Assembly: GCA_046329805.1 (NCBI GenBank)
Contig: JAXLUA010000003.1
Span: forward strand, 269,559 to 333,558
Direction of reading: 5' to 3'
Source of the DNA: Chitinophagales bacterium
Lineage (GTDB): Bacteria > Bacteroidota > Bacteroidia > Chitinophagales > JADIYW01
DNA length: 64,000 bases
The stretch's first letter is position 1, and the number at the start of each line of letters is the position of its first letter. The position numbers and the translations under genes are program-made. The notes under the pieces are model-generated. The model was given only the letters and a program-made list of their open reading frames with translations, searched no databases and was not told the DNA's origin. Shown here in pieces: positions 8,935-18,062 of the stretch.

Positions 8935-9795
8935 TTGAGCAATAACGTGCAGCGAGGACAAATAGCATTAGGCGTAGGTACCCTTATTTTAGTTGTAGCC
9001 CTTTACTTTGCAGGAAATACCGGAGCAAAGAATAAAAAAGAGAACAACACGGATGCGCATGCGCATACCGAAAGTATTTCAATGGAACAATACGAGCAAC
9101 AGCAAACGGAGAAATTGGCTGCCGGTGAAAAGGCGCAAATTACTACCCTCAAAGACTCTATTGCTGCTACCGCAGCAACGGATACTGCTACGTTGAAAAA
9201 ACTATACCTGCACCTATCTGAAATTTGGAAAACCCTACATCAGCCTGCTGTTAGTGCGTTTTACTATTATCAATATGCACAAAAAGAAGGAGGAAAAAAA
9301 GTACTGGAAAATGCCGGCGACAACTTTGTGGAAGCATATAAAAGTGGTACAGACAGCATAATTTCAAATAATTTGATTACCTTTGCCCTCCGTTCTTACG
9401 AAGAAGGCGTACAAAAAGACACCGGCGATATCAATTTGCAAATCAAACTTGCCGACGCTTATGTACAAGGATCTTCTGAGCCGATGAAAGGAATTGGGAT
9501 GCTGCGTGAGTTAGAACAAAAACATCCTGACAACATTTCTATTCTTATTGCCTTAGGTAGATTATCTATCCAGTCGGGGCAGTTAGATAAAGCAAAAGAA
9601 CGATTTAAAAAGGTGTTGCAAAAAGAGCCACAAAATACGGAAGCATTGTATTTTATGGCAATCACCGAAGCACAACTCGGACATACGGAAGAAGCTATCC
9701 GATTATTTGAGCTATGTAAGGCGATTATCAACCATCCTGATTTTAATAAAGAAATAGACGAAATCGTCAAAAGTTTAAAAAATAAAAAAGTTTAA
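8935..9795 (+). CDS. Membrane-anchored TPR-repeat protein
   Basis: One N-terminal TM helix (IALGVGTLILVVALYFAG) and C-terminal TPR-like repeats (ALGRLSIQSGQLDKAKERFKKVLQKEPQNTEALYFMAI). It has a non-ATG start: TTG at 8935 or GTG at 8944. Confidence 0.7.
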   Translation: MSNNVQRGQIALGVGTLILVVALYFAGNTGAKNKKENNTDAHAHTESISMEQYEQQQTEKLAAGEKAQITTLKDSIAATAATDTATLKKLYLHLSEIWKTLHQPAVSAFYYYQYAQKEGGKKVLENAGDNFVEAYKSGTDSIISNNLITFALRSYEEGVQKDTGDINLQIKLADAYVQGSSEPMKGIGMLRELEQKHPDNISILIALGRLSIQSGQLDKAKERFKKVLQKEPQNTEALYFMAITEAQLGHTEEAIRLFELCKAIINHPDFNKEIDEIVKSLKNKKV

Positions 9796-9797
9796 TT

Positions 9798-9887
9798 ATG
9801 CCTTGCGGAAAAAAAAGAAAACGTCACAAAATTGCGACACACAAACGTAAAAAGAGACTAAGAAAAAACCGTCATAAGAAAAAGTAA
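9798..9887 (+). CDS. 29-aa highly basic peptide, probably the Bacteroidota small ribosomal protein bS22. Not in the ORF track.
   Basis: ATG at 9798, translation MPCGKKRKRHKIATHKRKKRLRKNRHKKK then stop. It starts 2 nt after the upstream stop and is followed by a strong hairpin. Confidence 0.55.
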   Translation: MPCGKKRKRHKIATHKRKKRLRKNRHKKK

Positions 9888-9893
9888 TCTTAA

Positions 9894-9936
9894 TTAAGTT
9901 CAAAAGAGTAAGTGCTTCTTACTCTTTTGAACTTAA
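9894..9936 (+). terminator. Intrinsic-terminator-like hairpin
   Basis: ttaagttcaaaagagtaag / cttactcttttgaacttaa, a 19-bp perfect stem with a 5-nt loop. Confidence 0.7.
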
Positions 9937-9948
9937 ACCGCACCTAAT

Positions 9949-11490
9949 ATGAATAAAGAATTAGTGATTCATGCTAATTCAAAAGGTGTTGAAATTGCTC
10001 TTCTTGAGAATAAAAAATTAGTTGAATACCATCTTGACTCCTACGAAAAGGAAGGGTTTTCTGCCGGAGATATCTATTTAGGCAGAGTAAAAAAACTCAA
10101 TCCGGGATTAAATGCCGCATTCGTAGATATAGGACACGAAAAAGATGCTTTTATACATTATTCCGATTTAAGTCCCTACATCCGATCTATTCGAAAATAT
10201 AGCTCGGAAGCATTTCGGGGCGAGCAATCGCACCTTTTGAGTACTTTTGAATTTGAGCCTCCCATCAAAAAGGACGGACTTATGTCCGACGTGTTAGAAA
10301 AAGGGGACATCCTTATTTTTCAAATTTCCAAAGAAGCGATATCCACCAAAGGGCCGCGTCTTACTTGCGAACTCTCTATACCGGGCAGATATACTGTTTT
10401 AGTTCCGTTTACCAATTCTATCGGAATATCTAAAAAAATAGATACGCCCGAAGAAAGAGAACGATTATTACAGGTATTACAAAAAATAAAACCCAAGAAC
10501 TTTGGGGTGGTAGTGCGTACAAATGCAGCCGGAGTAGGAGAAGAAGAACTTCATTACGACATTCAAAACCTACTCCACAAGTGGAAGCTGATGACTGAAA
10601 ATGTAAAATTTCAGAACCCGCCGAAACTGTTACTAAAGGAGATGAACAAAACATTCTCCATTGTTCGCGATTTAATTAATGATAGCTTTTCCAAAGTCAT
10701 CACCGACAGTGCCTCACTACACGGCGATTTAAAAGCTTACATTAAAGAACACGCCCCCGAACAAGTGTCTATACTTACCAATTACACGGACAAAACCCCT
10801 TTATTTGAGGCTTTTGATATCAGTAGGCAAATAAAGGCAGCTTTTGGGAAAACGGTAACCTTAAAAAGTGGGGCTTACGTTATTTTAGAACATACGGAAG
10901 CGCTACATGTGATAGATGTAAATAGCGGGCCGAAGGTAAAAAAAGACGTATCCCAAGATACATTAGCGTTCAATACCAATGTGGAAGCGGCACAAGAAAT
11001 TGCACGACAACTCCGCCTGCGTGACATCGGCGGAATTATCGTTATCGACTTCATAGATATGAAATCATCGGAATTTAAGCACAAAGTGTATGAAGCGATG
11101 CAAGACGCTATGAAGCCGGACAAAGCAAAACATGTTATTTTACCGGTAAGCAAATTTGGGCTTATGGAAATTACGCGCCAACGCATGAAAGAGCAAGTAA
11201 TGATAGATACGCGCGAACCTCTATTTCATGGAAGCAATAAATACAAAGTAGATCAGCCACTACAGATCATCGACAATATAAGAGCTGAATTAATGCAGCT
11301 AAAGCCACATACAGAGAAAAACTTCTTGTTGTATGCTCATCCGTTTATTTATGCCTATTTAAAGAAAGATACTTTTTCTTTTAGAATGTATTGGTATGCT
11401 AAAACAGGAAAAATAATTCGGCTGATTCAGGATTCATCGCTGCACCTCGGTGATTACAGACTGATGACAAGATCCGGAGAAAAAGTGTAA
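9949..11490 (+). CDS. rng: Ribonuclease E/G family (RNase G-like)
   Basis: S1 domain GDIYLGRVKKLNPGLNAAFVDIGHEKDAFIH and a catalytic core with HVIDVNSG and RDIGGIIVIDFIDM. Confidence 0.9.
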   Translation: MNKELVIHANSKGVEIALLENKKLVEYHLDSYEKEGFSAGDIYLGRVKKLNPGLNAAFVDIGHEKDAFIHYSDLSPYIRSIRKYSSEAFRGEQSHLLSTFEFEPPIKKDGLMSDVLEKGDILIFQISKEAISTKGPRLTCELSIPGRYTVLVPFTNSIGISKKIDTPEERERLLQVLQKIKPKNFGVVVRTNAAGVGEEELHYDIQNLLHKWKLMTENVKFQNPPKLLLKEMNKTFSIVRDLINDSFSKVITDSASLHGDLKAYIKEHAPEQVSILTNYTDKTPLFEAFDISRQIKAAFGKTVTLKSGAYVILEHTEALHVIDVNSGPKVKKDVSQDTLAFNTNVEAAQEIARQLRLRDIGGIIVIDFIDMKSSEFKHKVYEAMQDAMKPDKAKHVILPVSKFGLMEITRQRMKEQVMIDTREPLFHGSNKYKVDQPLQIIDNIRAELMQLKPHTEKNFLLYAHPFIYAYLKKDTFSFRMYWYAKTGKIIRLIQDSSLHLGDYRLMTRSGEKV

Positions 11491-11510
11491 TATTTGACAA
11501 TGAGGTCAAA

Positions 11511-11554
11511 AAATGCAAGATTCAAGTTGCAAATGCAACTTGAATCTTGCATTT
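11511..11554 (+). terminator. Long perfect hairpin after rng
   Basis: aaatgcaagattcaagttgca aa tgcaacttgaatcttgcattt, 21-bp arms. Confidence 0.65.
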
Positions 11555-11918
11555 ACAACAAAGGCAAACTATTATCACAATTTATAACCTTTAAAAAATG
11601 TAATGAATTAGTTCAAATAAAAAGATAAATCATGACAAAATACTTAATTCTACTAACTGCTACGTTAACAACCCAAACTTGCGCAAGTATGTAGTTTTGC
11701 CTTGTGTGATAGCGTACTTGCGCGTTATTTTGATTAGTCATAAAAATGAATGGAACAAGTATCAGAGAGTGGCACAAGTATTCCACACTTATACCGACAC
11801 TTCATACTTGCGCCAGACTATAGACTCTGCATGGAAAGAAATGTTCCGAACGGTCGGAAAGTAAGTAGTGAGATTTTAGAAGTTAATTTTTAATTCGTAA
11901 TTTTTAATTCTTAGATTT

Positions 11919-11964
11919 CTTTTGTACCCTTTGCGGTAAAACTTTGTGTTCTTTGCGGTAAAAA
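11919..11964. repeat. Second copy of the CTTTGCGGTAAAA doublet module
   Basis: cttttgtaccctttgcggtaaaa / ctttgtgttctttgcggtaaaa, near-identical to 907-950. Preceded by taatttttaattc x2. Confidence 0.85.
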
Positions 11965-12021
11965 TGTTGGTTAAGAAAACTAACAAGGAATTGGGCATCT
12001 GTGGTATGCGTTCAGAGACCG

Positions 12022-12132
12022 CCAATATCCTTAGACACAGGTCGTCCTATGGAAGACCTGCTCTAGAGCGGTACTTATTTTATTACCGTAACCAATACAA
12101 ATGGAATTGTTAGCAAAGAACTGATTATAAAT
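12022..12132 (+). pseudogene. Decayed relic of a T9SS C-terminal sorting domain
   Basis: A single frame reads PISLDTGRPMEDLL-stop(TAG 12064)-SGTYFITVTNTNGIVSKELII. The second part matches the typical final strands of type-A sorting domains (GxYFvxVxxxnGxxxxKlI). There is no upstream ORF body. Confidence 0.4.
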
Positions 12133-12301
12133 GGTGGACACAATAATCAGCTATTGCCTAATTGGTCGGTATTTTTACTTTACCGTACAATGCTATACAT
12201 TTTGGTTAGTGAAGACACCAACCGATAGAAATTTACCTTACATAAGTAAACTCTAAATGCGCTAAAAAATACTACCTTTAAAGTACACAAAATTATAACG
12301 C

Positions 12302-13399
12302 ATGCTATTTTTGACAGGATTTCCCGGATTTTTAGGAAAAGAGATTTTACCTCGTTTATTAGAAAGAAACTTAAATACAAAAGCCATTTGCTTAGTGCAA
12401 GATCGTTTTATGCAGCAAGCTAAATTTGCACTTAAAGAACTGGATGAACGGTATCCAACTATTGATATTATCGGTAAAGTAGAATTGGTGGTAGGCGATA
12501 TTACAGACCCTCTTCTAGGGCTGGGAGATTTATACACTGCTTATGCAAAAAAAGTAACGGAAGTTTATCATTTTGCGGCGGTGTACGATTTAGATGTGAA
12601 ACGAGATTTAGCATACAAAGTAAATGTAGATGGAACGCAACACGTGCTGAATTTTTGTGCACATTGTCCCAAACTAAAAAGACATCATTATGTAAGTACG
12701 TGCTATGTAAGTGGCAATTACAAAGGCAGATTTAAAGAAACAGATTTAGAGAAAGGGCAAACGTTTAATAATTTTTATGATGAAACAAAATACCATGCGG
12801 AAGTATTAGTAAAAAAAGCCATGAATGCCGGAATGCCGACAACTATTTATCGTCCGGCAATTGTAACCGGAGATTCTAAAACCGGGGAAACTCAAAAATA
12901 TGACGGGCCGTATTTTATGTTGAAATGGTTGTTGCGATTTCCGACTATCGGCATTTTTCCGACTATCGGCAAAGGGGCAAAAAACACTATGAATATTGTA
13001 CCACGAGATTTTATTATTGACGCCATTACGGCATTAAGCAGTATGGAAAAATCATTGGGAAAAACGTATAACTTAGCCGATCCAAACCCACTAACTATTG
13101 AACAAATTGGCGAAGCAATGGGGAAATCCGTTGGCCGATTTATAGTAAAAGCACCCCTCCCGCTTAATGCAGCGCAAGCGGTGTGGGTATTTAAAAAACT
13201 CCCTATTATTCCGGAATTTATGGAGATTCCGACAATGGCAGTTGCCTACTTTGATCACCCTACCGATTACGATACCACAGAATCTGCGAAAGACTTAGCA
13301 GAAGCCGGCATTACTTGTCCGCACTATACGGATTATTTAGATACTATCGTCCGGTTTTTAAAAGCCAACCCTACCATCACCTCTAAGGCAATGGTATAG
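12302..13399 (+). CDS. SDR-family NAD(P)-binding oxidoreductase (thioester/acyl reductase-like)
   Basis: N-terminal Rossmann motif LFLTGFPGFLGKEIL, catalytic YxxxK (YDETKYHAE), and IYRPAIVTGDSKTGE. Confidence 0.8.
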   Translation: MLFLTGFPGFLGKEILPRLLERNLNTKAICLVQDRFMQQAKFALKELDERYPTIDIIGKVELVVGDITDPLLGLGDLYTAYAKKVTEVYHFAAVYDLDVKRDLAYKVNVDGTQHVLNFCAHCPKLKRHHYVSTCYVSGNYKGRFKETDLEKGQTFNNFYDETKYHAEVLVKKAMNAGMPTTIYRPAIVTGDSKTGETQKYDGPYFMLKWLLRFPTIGIFPTIGKGAKNTMNIVPRDFIIDAITALSSMEKSLGKTYNLADPNPLTIEQIGEAMGKSVGRFIVKAPLPLNAAQAVWVFKKLPIIPEFMEIPTMAVAYFDHPTDYDTTESAKDLAEAGITCPHYTDYLDTIVRFLKANPTITSKAMV

Positions 13400-13692
13400 C
13401 TTACTCAATACATTTTTACATTTTGGAATATAGATATTAGTAAAACCCAATGATTACATCACTACGACTCGACTGGTTGGTATAATATATATATAACTAT
13501 TACATATTAAAAACATTGTACATATATTTAATAGCAAGCAGCCTCTGCGTTTTTTAAGAGGCGAATTACCCCATAAAGCAAAGGAATAGAGCTAAAGACA
13601 TCACATATTACTATAAAGTTAAAACTACAATCATTCAAGTCAAAAAATTATTGTATTACAACGGATTATTATTAAAAGCGTTTGTAAAAATG

Positions 13693-13700
13693 TACCTTTG
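13693..13700 (+). promoter_or_regulatory. -7 box TACCTTTG upstream of typA
   Basis: Exact TAnnTTTG, 26 nt before the ATG. Confidence 0.45.
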
Positions 13701-13726
13701 CCCCTCAAAATAATTTATTTTCCTCT

Positions 13727-15523
13727 ATGCAAAAAATCAGAAATATCGCCATCATTGCGCACGTTGACCACGGTAAAACTACCTTAGTTGATAAAATTCT
13801 TTGGGAATGTAAAACATTTTCAGAGCATGAAAACACGGGAGTGCTAATCTTAGACAACAATGAATTGGAGCGAGAGAGAGGTATTACCATTACGGCAAAA
13901 AATGCTGCCGTTAAATATAAAGATTACAAAATCAACTTGATTGACACCCCCGGTCACGCCGATTTTGGCGGTGAAGTAGAGCGGGTATTGAAAATGGCTG
14001 ATGGCGTATTATTATTGGTAGATGCATTTGAAGGGCCGATGCCACAAACACGATTTGTATTACAAAAAGCATTGCAATTAGGTTTAAAACCAATTGTTGT
14101 GATCAATAAAGTAGATAAAGAAAACTGTACGCCTGATGAAGTACACGAGAAAGTATTTGACTTAATGTTCCAATTAGATGCTACAGAAGAACAATTAGAC
14201 TTCCCTACCATTTATGGCTCCGCTAAAAATGGTTGGATGAGTACTGATTATAAGAAACCAACTACCAATGTAGTGGATTTAATGGATTGTATTATCGAAC
14301 ACATTCCGGCACCCAAAACTGCCGAAGGTACCGCACAGATGCAAATCACCTCGTTAGATTTCTCTTCTTTTGTGGGTCGTATTGCCGTAGGGCGTGTGTT
14401 TAGAGGCACATTAAAAACAAACATGCCCGTTGCATTGATAAAACGCGATGGCACCATATCCAAATCAAGAATAAAAGACTTGATGCTTTTTGAAGGAATG
14501 GCAAAAGTAAAAGTCGATGAAGTACCTGCCGGAGAAATATGTGCAATTGTAGGTATTGATGGATTTGAAATTGGGGACACCATCGCCGATGCGGAAAATC
14601 CGGAGGCAATGGCAGCAATTGCTATTGATGAACCAACAATGAGCATGTTGTTTACGATAAATGATTCTCCGTTTTTTGGCAAAGAAGGGAAATTTGTAAC
14701 ATCTCGACATATCAAAGACAGATTAAACAAAGAATTAGAGAAGAATTTGGCATTGCGTGTTCAGCAAGGCGACACGGCAGATTCTTTCTTAGTATTTGGT
14801 CGTGGTGTATTGCACTTATCCGTACTAATTGAAACGATGCGACGCGAAGGCTATGAACTACAAGTAGGACAGCCGCAAGTATTATACAAAGAAATTGATG
14901 GGCACAAATGTGAGCCGATTGAAGAATTGACTATCGACTTGCCGGAAGACAAAGCGGGTACTGCAATAGAAATGATTACCCAAAGAAAAGGCGATATGAA
15001 AAATATGCTTTTGAAAGGCAATCGTTCAATCATGGAGTTTGAAATTCCATCTCGTGGTTTAATAGGGTTGAGAACAGATATTATTACGGCTACCTCAGGG
15101 CAAGCAGTAATGGCACATCGTTTTATTAGATACGACAGGCATAAAGGTGAAATTAAAGGACGTATCAATGGCTCTATGATTTCTAAAGAAACGGGCGAAG
15201 CCATTGCTTACTCTTTAGATAAATTGCAAGACAGAGGACGTTTCTTTGTGGAAGCCGGCGACCAAGTGTATAGCGGTATGGTGATTGGCGAAAACTCTCG
15301 TCAAGATGACTTAGTGGTGAACGTTACCATTAAAAAGCAACTAACCAACGTTCGTGCATCCGGAACAGATGACAAAGCAAAATTGATACCGGTTACCAAA
15401 TTTTCATTGGAAGAGGCATTAGAGTATATTCAAGGTGATGAGTATGTAGAATTAACGCCAAAATCTATTCGTTTGCGTAAAATTTATTTAGACGAAAACG
15501 AAAGAAAACGTAGAGGTAAATAA
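13727..15523 (+). CDS. typA: Translational GTPase TypA/BipA
   Basis: IRNIAIIAHVDHGKTTLVD, DTPGHADFGGEVER, NKVDK; 598 aa. Confidence 0.97.
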   Translation: MQKIRNIAIIAHVDHGKTTLVDKILWECKTFSEHENTGVLILDNNELERERGITITAKNAAVKYKDYKINLIDTPGHADFGGEVERVLKMADGVLLLVDAFEGPMPQTRFVLQKALQLGLKPIVVINKVDKENCTPDEVHEKVFDLMFQLDATEEQLDFPTIYGSAKNGWMSTDYKKPTTNVVDLMDCIIEHIPAPKTAEGTAQMQITSLDFSSFVGRIAVGRVFRGTLKTNMPVALIKRDGTISKSRIKDLMLFEGMAKVKVDEVPAGEICAIVGIDGFEIGDTIADAENPEAMAAIAIDEPTMSMLFTINDSPFFGKEGKFVTSRHIKDRLNKELEKNLALRVQQGDTADSFLVFGRGVLHLSVLIETMRREGYELQVGQPQVLYKEIDGHKCEPIEELTIDLPEDKAGTAIEMITQRKGDMKNMLLKGNRSIMEFEIPSRGLIGLRTDIITATSGQAVMAHRFIRYDRHKGEIKGRINGSMISKETGEAIAYSLDKLQDRGRFFVEAGDQVYSGMVIGENSRQDDLVVNVTIKKQLTNVRASGTDDKAKLIPVTKFSLEEALEYIQGDEYVELTPKSIRLRKIYLDENERKRRGK

Positions 15524-15540
15524 GAGTTACAAGTGTATAA

Positions 15541-15580
15541 AAGAGATAGGGGCAAGAATTTTTTCTTGCCCCTATCTCTT
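15541..15580. terminator. Bidirectional hairpin between typA and the convergent hydrolase gene
   Basis: aagagataggggcaagaa tttt ttcttgcccctatctctt, an 18-bp perfect stem. Confidence 0.75.
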
Positions 15581-15649
15581 TATACAAATCTTAAAATTAC
15601 AATTCGCTTCCTACAAAAGAAACTTAATACATCTTATTTATAAAAAAGA

Positions 15650-16876
15650 TTATTTAATCTTATCGTATCTAAAAAAAGTAGCCAGCCAGTTGCTTCCTAA
15701 TAATAAGGACGGAGGGGCACAATCGGTATGGTCTGAATTGCCCATGTCTATCAACTCAATAGTTGCGCCTCTTGCGCTAAAAACAGAATCGGCATACGTG
15801 GCATTATCAAAAAACACATTATCATCTCCGTGGCAATGATATAATCGCATCGGCGTAGTGGGCGTCCAATCATCTACTAAATCAAACCCTCTCAATGCTA
15901 AACGAATGGGGTATTCCGGATTGCTCTTTATTGCGGCTTTTACCGAATCTATTACCATATTACTTACAAAATTTGGAAACTTACTATTCGCATATCCCGC
16001 AGAATGATATCCATCTATAATTGCAGGAACTAAGGAATCATAAGGAGCTTTAAATATTTGGCTGTAAGAATGATATATCCCCGGATACGAATTAAATAAA
16101 CTTACGGCTACATACGGCAAATAGAACGGATTAGGGTAGTATGTTGAATCAAATATCAAATTAAATTGCGATGTACGACTCAGCGCATAAGGACCTGCCA
16201 TTGGAGCAGAGGCTGTTAATTTAAACTCTTTCGGGTTTTCTAATTCCAATTGTCGCTGTGCCGCCATAGTAGCATGCCCGCCTTGTGAGTAGCCAAACAG
16301 CACCACTTGCCCGTTTAATACGGCATTATGTTTTTGTTTTACTAATTTTCTGGCAGCACGTAAAATATCGCGCACCGAGTTGGCTTCTTCTCTTGGATTT
16401 AAATATAAATGTAACCCGTCGCCTGTGCCTAACCCCAAGTAATCAGGGACACAAGAAACAATTCCTTTATCGCAAGAAGCTGCCAAGTTTAACAAATATT
16501 CCGAGCCTTTTTTTACAGATGGAGCGTCGCTCTTTTTCAATGTCGTACCATGCTGGTAGCTGCTTAATGGAATAGCAAAACTGTCCACTTGTGGTACAAT
16601 TATAATACCACTCGCTTTTACGGTATCGCCATTATTATTTTGCGATTTATATTCTATGGTATAAACGGTGGTGTTGTATTTTAAATGTACGAATGACGAA
16701 ATCTCAGAGGGGAGCATGGCCAGTACTTGTGCCGGCGTGTAATTGTTTTCACTACTAATTCGTATGATATCTCCTAATGCGCCGGTGTATTCATAATTAT
16801 CTGTATTTACTTTCTCTTTCTTACAAGAGGACAACGCAAAAAGTACTGCTGTAAACAGCAGGTAGTATTTTCTCAT
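15650..16876 (-). CDS. Alpha/beta-hydrolase lipoprotein (secretory-lipase-like)
   Basis: Lipobox LFALSSC followed by KKEK, and nucleophile elbow GYSQGGH. Confidence 0.7.
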   Translation of the reverse strand: MRKYYLLFTAVLFALSSCKKEKVNTDNYEYTGALGDIIRISSENNYTPAQVLAMLPSEISSFVHLKYNTTVYTIEYKSQNNNGDTVKASGIIIVPQVDSFAIPLSSYQHGTTLKKSDAPSVKKGSEYLLNLAASCDKGIVSCVPDYLGLGTGDGLHLYLNPREEANSVRDILRAARKLVKQKHNAVLNGQVVLFGYSQGGHATMAAQRQLELENPKEFKLTASAPMAGPYALSRTSQFNLIFDSTYYPNPFYLPYVAVSLFNSYPGIYHSYSQIFKAPYDSLVPAIIDGYHSAGYANSKFPNFVSNMVIDSVKAAIKSNPEYPIRLALRGFDLVDDWTPTTPMRLYHCHGDDNVFFDNATYADSVFSARGATIELIDMGNSDHTDCAPPSLLLGSNWLATFFRYDKIK

Positions 16877-17002
16877 AAAATAGCTTTTTTAGTACATTGA
16901 ATGTACGATTCTTTTTTGAAAAAAGAGTAAATCTTTTTTGATAACTATTTGTTTTAACATTCGTTATGTATTACAATTTTAAAACGTGCATTACCCTATT
17001 TT

Positions 17003-18055
17003 TCATCTAAAGCCATTATTTATAGTATTCAATACTTCTTCTCCCGGGCACAACACCATTTCATTCATCTTATTCAACGGCGTATCTGAAGTTTGTAACA
17101 ATTGATGCAAATCTTTGCTTTCTACATCCATGTATAACAATCCTGTCAATATTTCATTATCGATATGCGATTGTTTTAATGCATTAATAGCCGATAATTT
17201 ATCCTCCGGATTCCAAGCTTGTGCAATCTTATGCAGTCGCAGCCAAGAGCCATCATGAATTTCCACCATTTTGGTTTCATCCTCCGTGTATTCCATAGTT
17301 ATTTCATTCATTGAAGGAACAAAATCTACTGTTCCGGTAGCCTCCACATGATGACGGACATAATCGTAAGATTTTGTAGAGCCTATATTATTATTAAAAG
17401 TAACACAAGGTGACAGAACATTTAGTAAAGCAAATCCATGATGGTTCATGGCTGCTTGTATCAGTGGAATAAGTTGCTTTTTATCGCCGCTAAAGCTTTG
17501 TGCTACAAATGTTGCTCCTAATTCTATTGCCAAAGAACACAAATCAATTCCGTGAAACATATTGATGTGTCCGGCCTTATTCTGAGAACCTTCATCTGCT
17601 GTAGCAGAATCTTGTCCTTTCGTTAATCCATAACAACCGTTATTCATTACAATATAAGTCATATTTAAATTTCGGCGAATAACGTGAGCAAACTGCCCCA
17701 TTCCGATAGATGCGGAATCTCCATCGCCGGATACACCTAAATAAATCAATTCTTTATTGGCAAGATTGGCACCGGTAGCTAAAGACGGCATACGTCCATG
17801 AACGGAATTAAATCCATGAGAATTACTTAAGAAGTAGGTAGGTGTTTTGGAAGAGCAACCGATACCGGAAAGTTTTGCTACTTTATGAGGCTCTATGTCC
17901 ATCTTCCAGCAGGCTTCTACAATTGCCGCACTTATGGAATCATGACCGCAGCCGGCGCACAAAGTAGATAATGCGCCTTCATAGTATTTTCGGGTATATC
18001 CTAATTTATTTTTGGGTAAATCCGGATGTGCAAAGGTCGATTTTATATACGTCAT
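17003..18055 (-). CDS. korB: 2-oxoacid:acceptor (ferredoxin) oxidoreductase, beta subunit (TPP-binding)
   Basis: CAGCGHDSI, GIGCSS, GVSGDGDSASIGMGQFAH, MNNGCYGLTKGQ. Confidence 0.9.
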   Translation of the reverse strand: MTYIKSTFAHPDLPKNKLGYTRKYYEGALSTLCAGCGHDSISAAIVEACWKMDIEPHKVAKLSGIGCSSKTPTYFLSNSHGFNSVHGRMPSLATGANLANKELIYLGVSGDGDSASIGMGQFAHVIRRNLNMTYIVMNNGCYGLTKGQDSATADEGSQNKAGHINMFHGIDLCSLAIELGATFVAQSFSGDKKQLIPLIQAAMNHHGFALLNVLSPCVTFNNNIGSTKSYDYVRHHVEATGTVDFVPSMNEITMEYTEDETKMVEIHDGSWLRLHKIAQAWNPEDKLSAINALKQSHIDNEILTGLLYMDVESKDLHQLLQTSDTPLNKMNEMVLCPGEEVLNTINNGFR

Positions 18056-18062
18056 GGCAATA

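Noticed and set aside
11679-11864. 61-aa ORF in the rng-SDR gap
   Set aside because: It has a non-ATG start and runs through repeated motifs and the TTCCGA palindrome. There is no supporting signal.
11990-12066. Possible structured RNA (hairpin caggtc-N11-gacctg, palindrome ctctagag)
   Set aside because: It is better explained as part of the eroded T9SS C-terminal domain reading frame. I recognised no known RNA family signature.
14248-14730. 160-aa and other antisense ORFs inside typA. The same occurs in ftsA (30824-31327), ftsI (40946-41565), korA, gldE, the helicase and moeB.
   Set aside because: All lie entirely within strongly conserved genes on the opposite strand, and none has a recognisable motif. 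They are typical shadow ORFs.
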